This document shows positions 1 to 12,600 of a stretch of DNA of 64,000 nt, piece after piece. The stretch spans positions 12,896,001 to 12,960,000 of the forward strand of contig CM120641.1 in the NCBI GenBank assembly GCA_051362555.1, read 5' to 3'. The stretch's first letter is position 1. The number at the start of each line of letters is the position of its first letter. The position numbers and the translations under genes were made by a program. The notes beneath the pieces are model-generated. The model did no database searches. It saw only the letters and a list, made by a program, of their open reading frames with translations, and was not told where the DNA came from. This stretch comes from Lingula anatina. Its lineage: Eukaryota; Animalia; Brachiopoda.

Positions 1-3000
1 TATAAGAAATGAGTTTTAAAGTATGGTGGACATGATTTATGTAGAAATTTTTGCTAGTACTGTAGATCTTTTCAGGAATTGTATAGTACTGTATTGAGTC
101 TGTTGTATGTGTTCATATGTGTGTGCGTACTTGTGTGCGCGAATGTGTGTGAGTGAAAACAACCATTTGCAGAATGTGAATATATATAATGTGCTACTTT
201 ATAAGCTTTCCAGGGATGAAGTAGAGGTTTGTTTATGTAGGGTAAAATGAAGGTGTAACATGGTGAGCAACAGCTTTGAACCATTAACCATTCCATTACT
301 CGTTCTTTAGCTATCTGACCACCGACTTTTCTAACCTGTCTGCACAGTTGTGCTCTTCACAAAAGGCCTGTAGTCAGGATATTGGTCTAAATCGGGGCCC
401 AGGGTGTGCTTGGGCAATGACCATGTTGGTCATTAACAGGCAACAAAATTGATTGACCAGGTATATAGTTAATGGAGGTGCAAGGGAGTCTCTCTACAGA
501 CAGGTACTACTACTTAAATGTTACCGTCTTGTGACAAGTTTCAATCCCAAATCAAAGCATGCCTTTGTCTTTCTCTGAATGTTTCTTTTCTCTTTAAACA
601 TAGGGCCAGGCCTTTTTTTTGGGGAAGTTGTCCTCATTTGCCAAACACATTCTCACGCATTCTTGTCCATTCTGGATTTCTCCCATTGTCAGCTAAATTG
701 TTTACTTAATCTGGCCCACTAAAACCCAGTCAGCCTGGTGTAGCTCCTGTTAATTTGCCTGACTGACTGAATATAATGCCAAATATACTGTGAATACATT
801 TGCATTGATGAGATTTTAATGAAGTAAGAGTTACTCTACTATTATTAGACTTGTTGTAGAAATAAAGGGCTTAGTAGTAACATGGGTGCAACATCCTTAG
901 CTTTTTGTGATTTTCAACGAGCTCAAATGTGTCGGTGTGTTCATGGAATAAAGTAGAGGATATTAAATCATCTTCCTGAAGAGAGCTCTTCTCATTGCTT
1001 TATACATACAATGTGATGAAATGTTTGATTCTAAGTAGATTCTCTAACTAGTAGATTACTTAATCCCTGCATACCTCTGGAGTGTTTTTTTTTTTTTTCT
1101 TCTAACCAGTCATTGGGTTGGTCTGAAGAATAACTCCTATTTTAATGTGCTGTAAAACTGATAGTTTATGAAAATATGTGTTTTTGGCCAGTCCCAGTTC
1201 TATGTTAAAAAAATAAGGTTCACATTGAACAACTTGCACTGTAATTTATGATTTGTCTTCTGTGTCTAACTTGATCCAGTGATTATAAATGGTATTAACC
1301 TTAGTAGTGAGTAAAGAATGCAGCCTAACCCCTCTTATCAGATAAAATCAGCTGTGAGGTATCAGACAGTGCACCAGAACTGGCCATTTTGAGAAAGAGC
1401 AAAAGATGTCAGCCCTGCCCTGTGAGCTATACAGCTTTTTGGGATTCTTTACAAACAGATATCAAAATTATGCCTGCATACTGTCTTTGATGAAATGAGC
1501 TGCAAGAATATAGTCAAGAAGGCTTGTGTATTTGTTTGTGGATATGGTATTTCAGCTATCAGGTCAGGCTGAACTCTTCTCAGCTGTTAACATAACATCT
1601 CAGCTGTGTGGCTGTTGCTGGTAGCGAGTTGGTGAGATATCATACAAGAGGTCCATTTCTTTTGAACCATGGAGGTCAGGTTCTATTGATACCTGAAAGG
1701 TTATCAGATCAGCTGATTGAAGGTGACCTCATTTCAGCACAGTGAACTTGGACCCTCTGTGCTGCCAACAAGGTGTGCTACATCACCAATAGAAAGGTTA
1801 AAATTTCCTTAGTTATTATTCTGGTCCTGCTACACCCAGTTGTCATTGTAAGGATATGGTTTTTAAAGTATCACAAATGTCACAGAAATAATAAGGTTGA
1901 CATTTTGAATAGTATTAACCCTGGTTAATAGTCTGGTACAAATTTTGACTGTGAACCAGTCTACTATGAAGGTTTAATTTCCAGCACTTCCTTTTACTGC
2001 TGTGGATTTGACAGTCTTGAAGTTGTAGATTAATTTCCTAAATAGCCTTATACTGGTAAGCCACAGCAACTCTATGTGGAGTGATATATCCGGTTTGTGT
2101 GACTGCATGCAATTTTTGCATGATGCTGGTACCGCATATAGTCTGCTTTTGGTGGTAAAACATAGAGTTCAGATGTCTGAACAACTAGAATATATGCAGG
2201 ATGTAATTGAAATTTGAAAATGAAAATTGATTTGAAAATGCTAGTTTTTTTAAAGAAATGGAGTCGCTTGAAAGTGATTACTTCTCCCTTCTTTTAAAGA
2301 CACTTACTGGGTCATGTTTGTTGTATTCCAGTTGTATCCCTTTTGGCAGGTGGGCAGTTTTGTTATATTGATTATAGAATAACTCTTTCAGTTCTTGTGT
2401 CAGTGCAGTTTATGTTTTCTGATTCAATGGCAGTTATCATTCCAGTGTGCTAAAATAACATTTCAGGAAATACGTGTTGGTACAACTTCAGTAAGAAGGC
2501 ATAAAAATTGATCTAGCCTTTTTTCACAAGCTCTGTTTTCACTACAGGATAAATGGCAATCCTGTTTTTAACCAATAGTTTTGAGCTGAAAAAAATAAAT
2601 AGGCCACTTGTTGTTGCAGAGTCAAAGCTGTATCATTTTATTTCAGACAATAGAGGTTAGGACATAGATATATTATATTCAATCAAAATTCAGATGACAC
2701 TTGAGTGAAGTTCCTTTGTCTTTTTGTCAACGTAACCATGAGATTCACAATTTAGAGAAGTTATTCACTCCGTACTCTAGATAGTCAACCTTTCAGTGTT
2801 TTAGAATGGTAACTAGACTTAAAGCCATCGCACCAGAAGTGGCACACGGCAAAACTTGCAAATTAGAAGCTGCCCCTGCACCCCCCCACCCCCCCACCCC
2901 CCCCACCCCACACACACACACTGTCACACACTCAAAAAATTTACTTTCTGTCTCTTCCCTTCTTAGATAGCTTGCAATAAAATGAGGCTTTCGTAAAGAA

Positions 3001-3673
3001 TAAATATTCTCATGTGAGTTTGAGATTTGCCAAATACAATTTAAATATTATAGTTTTTAGAAATGTTGCTCTGCATCTTATTCAATAAATAAAGATATTT
3101 CATAGGAATATCATTGAAATTATGTTGCACGTAAAGAGGGGGAAAAGAGTCTTGTCTGATGATTGGATGATTGCAGTAACATTACTAGTACTCCTGTTGT
3201 CAGTTTAGTACTTTTCATGTCTATGAATAATGTCAGATATAATTAAACGTCTTTGGATTCCTAGAACCAAGAGGTGAATGCACTTAAAACAGAAAAGCAT
3301 GCTATAACTCAAACGCCAGGCAGAAGATAGCAAAGGAAGCACATTATTAGCATTGTCTTCATTTCTATAGCTCTCATTCCCAGATGAGATACTGCCAGGG
3401 AGTAAGATCATATGCCAAGGTGCTATTTTAGCTGTGTTGTGAGATGTCGGGAATATGTCATTGTCATTATCATCACTGATTCTTGCTATGTGGGAGTAAA
3501 TTTTGACTTCTGACTTTCTGATCCTGCAATATAATTGCTGTTCTCTAAATAAAATGGTGTTCTAAGTAAAATGGTGATAAATATTTGAAAGTTTAAGTAT
3601 TCTCAGTATCGTCAAATTGTGTATTCACATCACTGATTTTTTTTTCAGTTGACCAGTAACATAACACATAACA

Positions 3674-6600
3674 ATGGAGAAATTTAAAAGGACATTCAGT
3701 TTTCGTAAGAAGAAAGACCACGTCCCTGAAGCCAGCAAGCCCCACCAGTGGCAAGAAGATGAACGCAAAGTGCGAGAAGGAACATGCAGTTTTCAAGTGC
3801 GGGTAAGTTATATTGATGGGAAGAGGGGGATCAAGCTGGAAGAAACATAACGAAAGCTGTTCATTTCTTGATTCTCCTCATCCGGTTTGAAAAATTGCCC
3901 ATTATGATTAGATGCCTAAGCCACTAGATATATTTCAGATAATGTTAGATTCTGAATGTTGGCTTGGCAGAGAATGAGCAGATGAATGCTAAGATTTTCG
4001 GAGAAGAATGTAGAGAATTATAAAATTGTCTGAAATTACCCATTCAGCGAGATATCTGACACAAGAATGGTGAGTGCAAGTGCCTAGGAAGATAAAACGA
4101 ATCTTGAAGATGGCTTGGCATGTAGTTCATAATCCCTACACCAGGTTTTGACTATGATGATTGTTGTTTGTAAGAAGACAAATTAGTGACTTCAGTGGCC
4201 AAATGAATGACAGGAACTGCAAAGGGATAAGCTTTCTGACACCTACACTTAACTCATTCAACCTCGGTCATTACAGTTAGATTAAATTAACTTTGCCTAC
4301 TGCAGATTAATACGGGGGTAATGCACTTCTTATAATCTCTGGAACATAGAGAAAGTGTCTAACAAACAGGTGAAAGGATTTGCAGTTCAGAGTAAATAAC
4401 GCTGCTTGTAGTCAGTACTGATGAGGTTGGATTATAAAACACTTGTTTCAAGTCACTAAGAGACCATTCCCATAGATATTTAGATCGATCTATCCCCCTG
4501 GGGAGTCTCACTAAATTGCTGTCAACTTGGCCGGCTTAAATGTCTGTCACACCTAGTAAAGCTGTTAGGGGGTAATTATCTTTACCCTAGCTGATTCGGT
4601 AGGCGTGACAGACATTTAAGCCTCTTGAACTGACAGCAATTTAGCGTGAACCCCCAGGGAGTTAGGTCGATCCAGATGGATCAATCTAATTCTGTGGGAA
4701 TGTAGTCTAGTTCAGCCTCTGAAGTTAGTAACCTGTAGCTCTTGGGCCATATTCACAACAGAAGTTGATTTGCAGAGTAACACATTGGCAGATCAAATAT
4801 GGCTGGCCTACTTGAAAGCTTACTACCTAATTCTTGCAGGGAATCTATTAGAATCCCTTTTAAGCCCTTATAACATCAGTGCTATACTAGTGCTTAACTT
4901 ATCCAGTCTGGATCAGTCCACTGGGATAGGTCCTAACACTTATTATGGTGTGTAAATCAATTTCACAAGTTTTCTACAAGTTCGCTTTCTGCTGTTTAGA
5001 TCAAAATTATTTAATTGATCAGGTGGAGCAAGGGGACTCCGTTGAGATAACTTTAAGGCAGTGCTTGCAAACGGTTGATCCACAGACTTGCTAGTCAGTT
5101 GATCAATTATGGCTTGACCCACTTGAAAGCGTGCAAAAATTTGATTTCTCTGCCCCTGCTGGGAGAGGGGTTTGGCAGAATCCATTGTCAGATGTGCGCC
5201 CCATTTCATCCGTGGACTACTTAGTCCATAAATAGACTGGTTATGACTACAGCCTTTTATGTAATAGGCTTTTGACATACACACCTCTTCTTGTTTCCAA
5301 CATTGCCATAAAGGTCTATTCACCAGCCTTTCTGTATTCTACTCAATGCCAGGAGGAGGCTTGCTAGTCTGTTAATCTGATTGCATTCAGCAAGAGTCCC
5401 TGTAGAGTAAGACTGCATTCCCATAGATTTAGATCGATCCATCTAGATCGACCTAACTCCCTGGGGGTTCACGCTAAATTGCTGTCAGCCGAGCGCGCAC
5501 GGTAGTTAATTACCCCCTTACAGCTTTTAGTAGGCAGGGCAGATGCTTAAGCCAGCTAAGCTGACAGTAATCTAGTGAGGCTCTCCACAGGGATAGATCG
5601 ATCTAAAATCTGTGGGAATGGGGTCTTAGTGTGCACCAGCTATTGTGACCTAAGGCCCCATTCCCACAGACACAGTGGTCTATTTGGATCAACCCAATTC
5701 TGCAGAGACTCTTGCTGAGTGCAAAACATGCCTCCTATTGTTAAATAGGAAAAAAGAGCTGTTGATGATACGAGTATGTTGGAAACAAGAAGAGATGTAT
5801 CTTTCAGATTGCAAGAGTCCCCGTAGAGTTAGATAGATTTTTGTAAACCTATGGTGTGCCAATGAAAATGGGGTCTAACACCCCATTCTCATAGATTAGA
5901 TCGACCTACATTGGATCGACCTAACTCCCTGGGGGTTCACGCTAAATAGCTGTCAGCCGGGCGGACACGAAAGTTAATTACCCCTTATAGCTTGTAGTAG
6001 GCGGGGACGGACACTTAAGGCGGATTATCTGACAGTAATCTAGTGAGACTCCCCGCGGTGATAGATCGATCTAAAAGTTGTGAGAACAGAGCCTAACACA
6101 TTCTGAACGACCCCTAACTTATAGCAGGGGAAAAAATTGTACACTTTTTCTATAAACATAAAAAAATTTACTGTAAAAATTTAGTTGGGCATCAAACATT
6201 TGTTTCTAAAGACATGTATTAGACTTTTCCCTTGTAACATTTTTGAAATATTGGGTGTGTTGGTATTAGCATTAGTATACAAGGGAGGTGAACTCTTCTG
6301 TAAATGGAGAAGTAATATACAAAACCACAGGGAATGGGAGGACAGGATCCACAGGGAAGAGGCATTCTGAGCACAGGTCAGAAAGGAGGCCAGTCTTTGA
6401 GACTGCTGTCTGACTTTGTTACAATACCATTGGTGACCAAATTCAAGTATCTTCAGAATGTTCTGTCTGTAGACTGAAATTGACTTCTGGAATATTCCTG
6501 AAAATTTGCTGAACATAGGCTGCCTTTGTCTTGGGTTTTCATTCATGAGGGCATGAGGGCAAAAAAAAAAGGCTGCTCTAAAGGATTATATTTTTGACCA

Positions 6601-9600
6601 ACAAGATGATTGATAATTTCAACCACTGAGAAAGATTCGGCATCAGAAAAAAAAATTTATTGTGGCTGGGTGTAACTTGAGAGAGAGAGTGTACTTTGCT
6701 GGATTATGCCTATGGGAAACAGAAAAAATTTTGGCTTATATGTGCTCAACTGACAGAAACTGAAAAAAGTGTGGTGAAATAAGGGGATTCATAATAACTT
6801 CAAAAGATGTAACTGGGTTGCAGAAAAAGTTCAGTAAATAAATCCAACTGTGCATGCAGATGTGGACCTGATCATTTATCATCAGTGAGCCAATCCCTGC
6901 TGTAAAACTGTGTAGGGAGTAATCTTTTCCTTTGTAAAGAAAGAGGAAGCCTCACCCAAAACAGTACTGGTGGTTTATGAAATTGTGGATTTAGGTTTGT
7001 ATGAAAGGTTAGGACGCAAATGTGCTTTTGAACATTAAATAGTTGTGCAGTAAGTTCTTTAAGGTTTGAATTATGTACATTATTTTATTGCTTTTATATG
7101 TATACATATATACATATGATATGTATTTTATTGTGTTTTTACAGATATAACAGTCTGTTTATTTAGGTTTATGGACCAAGTAGCTGACATTTTCAATTTT
7201 AGGTTTTTCTAATAAGATTCTCACATGATTACAGCATGTGGTGCTGGGTTTCTACAAATTTACTTTTTTTCAAAGTGTGTACTGAATCACAAGACTAACA
7301 GAGGCAGTTTTTATTTGTGGCTTGCAACTGATGCATAGTCAGAAATACAATATAGGTTTATAGGTATTCACAGTCTTTTTGCAGTGAATAAAGTAGTTTT
7401 TGTGATTTATTATCCCATTATGGTGTTAAGGACCAGGCTGTTTTGGTATGATAATGCTGCTGTTGAATTCCTGTGTCTGGATATGTTTTAAGAAATGGTA
7501 GTGTAAGACAAGAGGCATATTTGGCATTTCAAAGCACAGAAAAGTCACCAATACCTTAACTAATTCAGTTTCTCCAATAAACAAAACATCAGTGTTATGT
7601 ATATATTAAAAACGATTTATAATTTAAGACTGGAGATTAAAAAAAAGCTAATTTATAGTTCTTTGTATCCTTAAAAATGATTCACAGAAATATAGCACCA
7701 GGTTGGTTAATGATCATAAATAACAGTTATCAATAAGTTAATTTATAACTGTTCTATCTTCATTTGATTGTATTTCTTACTGTCAATTGGATCATGATGT
7801 AAGAAGTTCTCAGCAATTGTAACCTACCAGTGGGTGGACATGATGTAGTTGAGTAGAGAATCAGATTACGCATTGATCTCCTCATTACACATATTGATTA
7901 TGATCCCTAGCTCCCTTTTTACACCAGTTCTGTGTAAATAAAACAAACTCTCGGTAATCCCAAGTGCAACCGATAAATATTGAACTAGACAGAAGTAAGA
8001 CAAAGTGTAGTTGTAGCAGTGGTATTTATCGTACATTTTCTTTATTTTTATTTCCAGTACCTGGGCTGTATTGAAGTGTTTGAGTCCCGTGGCATGCAGG
8101 TCTGTGAAGAAGCAGTCAAAGTCTTAAAACATGTAGGTATTTAATAAACTGTGGTCACCCCTTTAACATGAGGAGCCTTTGTTGAAGTACCTTGAACATT
8201 TTTTTCTTGCTGAGACTATTAACTTCCCTCAGAATCAGTTATATATTTGATTACTTACCATTGATTTAATATACTCTTATTTTGTGTGTTGATAAACTTC
8301 ATTTTGATAACTGTTTGGAATTTAAAACTTCATTTTTGAGGAATGCTTGCTCTGTGTTGTTTTCATATTTTCTGAAAGTTATAAGGAGACCATCCCCTGG
8401 AGACACACCTTCATCCCTTAGGCCTTATTAACAAACCTACTAGATTGACAATGCTGATTAACATGCATGTAATACTAAGTCCCCACGGAATGATAAACAC
8501 ATATATTTAATATTTAGTGTTTGATTTAGTTTACTGATCTTTATTTTAATAATTCCGACACAGAATCAGTTGCTTTGCTGTAATAAGGTGGTATGTGAAG
8601 CAGATAATTTTCTGAAAAATATTTCCGTTTTACTTTGTGCTGTGCAAGTGTTTTTTTGGTTAATACTAATAATCTTATCCTTAACATTTCATTACTAATA
8701 GTTTGTTGTGAGATATTAATTATTCTGAGTAAATGTCTAAAGTAATGAATACGAGTATGATCATAGTATCTGATAGTTGTAAATTCACTGTCCAATGTGG
8801 TAGTAATTTTGTATTAACTCTTACCTGACTTAAACTTACCTGTAGAAAGGTTGTAATTAGTAATATTTCAATGCATTGTTTATAGAGAGGGAGGGTGTGG
8901 CATTATTGATTATGAATTTGGATGGAGTGGATTATTTTTTATTGAACAAGTGGAGCATCACCATTTATATCTAAATTGTGTAAAAATTGAAAACCTTTAT
9001 ATGACAGTAAGAATGTACCAGAATTTGGAAAGATATTAAAGGTGTATGGTATTTGCTTGTTGTATCAAAATAAGTTACAACAAAATTTACTATGAGGATT
9101 CCAAATTTTATTCATTTATTTTTTTATGGTTTTGCTTTTAATTAATATATGTAATCTGTCATCAGTTATCAATACAACTTCAAAGAATTTTTTTCTAAAA
9201 TTTGGTGATATCTGCTTGTTATATTATACTACATTATACATACCTATATCTTTATACTGTAATATACATAAATGCATAACACGAGGGCATTGTGAATGCA
9301 TGGGATGTAGCATTAACCCACCTTGGCATCTTTTCTTCCCTTACAGCAATGTAAAGGGCGGTATCAGCGGGCAGTGCTCTATGTCTCAGGGGATGCTCTG
9401 AGAGTTGTTGATGAAATAAGTAAGGTATGTAAGGTATTGTGTGGCAGTAGATTGCTCCTGTCTGCTGTGCAGTGGTAGATTTGTGTTGTGTTGTGTAAGC
9501 CTCGTGCATATGAAAAGAGGAGGTTGGACTTGTCGGCCACAGTACCTGCATGGTGGTTTAAGTGGTCATGTGAGGCATCGAACAAACAAACCAAATTCCA

Positions 9601-12600
9601 TATGAGAAGTTTTTGTATGAATATTTATACATAAAGTTCTTCTCCATTTGTTTTGGGTTTTATTTCTAGTATGAATGAATGCTTGATTAATTTTGATTTT
9701 GGTCGAAGTTTGTGATGCCTTACAGGTCCATATTTTCCTCTTTTCACCAGCCCTGTGCTTGGCTTGTTTTGTGTTTATTTCAATTAGGTGTGACTATTTC
9801 AGGGAGGACCCAATGCCAAGAAGCAAAGCTTATTGCGCAGGTCTTTTCGTAGAAAGAAAGTGGGTATTCGTGCAATCTTATACATATCGGGAGATTCATT
9901 GCGCGTCGTTGAGGAGAAAAGTGCACTAGAACGGAATCCAGATTCAAATAAGGTAACACACATATACATATCTAGTGCCAGCAGTTTTGGTGATTGGGAC
10001 CACTCCATGGTATATATATATGCAACTTACAGTCCAATACTTATATCCCATTTAACGGATTAGTTTCTTTAATTCTCCTTCAGGACATGACCTTTTCACT
10101 CAGATATAGCACACCTGTAGACTTAACCAAATGGCTACACTGTGTCCTTTAGTAACCCAGGATTTTCAAACCTACCATCACCATAATGATTACCTGACCT
10201 AATGCTGTTGACGCTGCAGCACTACAGCTGGTTAAATGTTGAAGCCTTCAATGTCATAGCTAAGTATATACATTCACAGCAAAGAACCATTGAGGCGCAC
10301 AGGTCATGGCAGTTATAAGCCTTTTTTACTACTCTGTGGTAAAAGGAGATAGCTATTCACTTGCTTAACTTTTCATGTATGAAGATGACTAGTTTTATGA
10401 GTTCATTTCCTGATCCTTAGATCCTCAATGACAAAGGCTGATTTCTTGTCTCTGTAGAACTCATGGTATCATCTCTCTTATTAATGAATAACTGTGGTAT
10501 GTAACCTTTGCCATTTGATGAGTTTAGCTTGCATGAGCACGCAATCACACACACACACGTACACACACACACACTTTTTCATTTTGCATGTTATTTAGTT
10601 TTACGTTTCTATGAAAAGATGTGATATCACATAACAGCACCATTGATTCGTGATCTTGTTGAAAGAAATAAAATAAAAAAGTAGTTAGAAAATAGCTGAG
10701 CACCTTCTATTCCAATCTTAGATCATGATTGCGCTCTGATACAGCTGCCTTATATTGTCTTGATATGGATATTCATTATGGACTATCTTAGCTCCCAAGC
10801 CCCTATCTACATAAATCAATATTTTCACCGTGATCTCCCTCCCCTGAGTCATTCTCATGCTAGACACTCCCAGGTACTGAGACCCAAGGCTCAGGTGTTT
10901 CTTCACACACAGGAGTGATTGATTGATCAGCAACCCATTCTTTGAGAGGCTCATTAAGGGACCTTGTCTTACCTTTGGTGATGTATCTTTTTATTTTCTG
11001 GAAACCTACGATAATGGCTCGATCATTTCAACCGAGAAAAATTAACAATTTTTCAGACACATAATTTTGGAATCAATAAAATTACATTTCTTTGTAGCAT
11101 TTTGGTGCTTTTACTGTATAGAGAAGAACTATTAGGTATTCTACTTTTCAATTGTGTTGCTACCACTCAAAAGGAATGTTTAATTTTTAGAAATTTTTAC
11201 TTAAAAAATACAGTATCTGTGAAATTCACAATTTTCTGGTTGGAATGATCCAGCCATTACGACATATAAATTTGACCCACTCATGTAAGCCTGTTTGTAA
11301 AGCAGTAAAAAGTGCATTCAGAACAAGTTGATCTAACAAATATGGCCTGCTCACTTAAAAGCAAGTTGCCTAATCCCCTGATAGTCTCCCTGCTTCCACA
11401 CATGCCATTCCTGCAGGGGTCTACCAATTAAACCTCAGAGTCAAGATTTAATCCGTTTAATGGCACATGTGAGGCAGGGAGATCATAAGGGGATAAGGTG
11501 GCTTGCTTTGCAAAAGGGTCAGCCATATTTAGTCTGCAGATCAGTTAGTCCAAAGATCATGTTCTGAATGCGCTCTTTGTTAGGACCTCCTTGTTCTTTT
11601 TTTACATAGTTTGAGTATTCTTTTAAGTGTACATGATCACTTTATCAGACATCTGGTATGTTGTCAGTACAAGATACCATTTAGTTTGTACACTCTGCAG
11701 TTGTATTTCCAAGACCTTGTTGGGCCTGATCTAAGCTTGACAATGTGGTGAGGTTCTGTTCCTGTCATTTTGTACGAACTAGGCCATACAAAAGGCTTAT
11801 TACTGCACGTCCCTTTGTGGCAAAAATAAATCACAAAGTTTGTACATCTGTTTCATGTTGGTATATTTCTGCAATGTACAAAAAAATTAAATCTTGATAA
11901 TATCTATCCAGTTTTAACTAATGAGACTGTTGTTTGGTTGTTTGGGCTTGTACTTGACTGAATGAAATATCTATTTAGATGGCCTGCACTGATGCACAGA
12001 AGCCCAATAAAAAAGAAAGAAGTTTAGACAAAAATTTATTTGACAGGGCTTAAATTGCAAGTACCATCTTTCAGCATGATCTGTACTCAAATGCTGTAAG
12101 TGCAAGACAAGAAAGATATGCTGTTTTTTTTTTCACTAAGCTGAAGTTGAGTTAAAACATTTTAAAGACCATATTCAGTCTGTTAGAACCAGGAAATAGA
12201 TGTTGACACTAAAAAAATTGGTGGTTTTTATTTTTCACACCAGCATTATGAAGGTGTTCCCTTTGATATCAATACGTGTATATGTTCAATTAATAGTGCT
12301 CTTATGAAGTTGTAGAAGGATAACCCTCTTATGATATACATATATCTATATAACCAGGCTATGGTAAAGGTACACATTCTGTGTAGTTACCACTATCAGT
12401 GATGTTGCCCAAACTGTCTCTTCACTTCTTTTATTATCATTGGCTCAAGTTTGATAAGGAAGAAGATTGGCTTATGGGGCTTTTAAAGATAATATTTCCA
12501 TGTACAGCAGGTAATGCTTGCACTGGCATGACCCACTTTTTATTTGATTGAAGTGAAGATGGGGAAGAAAGCCTTTGGTATCTAGCCAGTGATACACACG

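Noticed and set aside
4943-5323. 126-aa minus-strand ORF
   Set aside because: Lies within MITE-derived/palindromic sequence; no transposase or other motif.
6181-6546. Overlapping 121-aa (-) and 61-aa (+) ORFs in a Numb intron
   Set aside because: No recognisable domain and no convincing splice context; consistent with chance ORFs.
9788-9802. Upstream alternative acceptor (caattag) for Numb exon B
   Set aside because: Introduces an in-frame TGA immediately.
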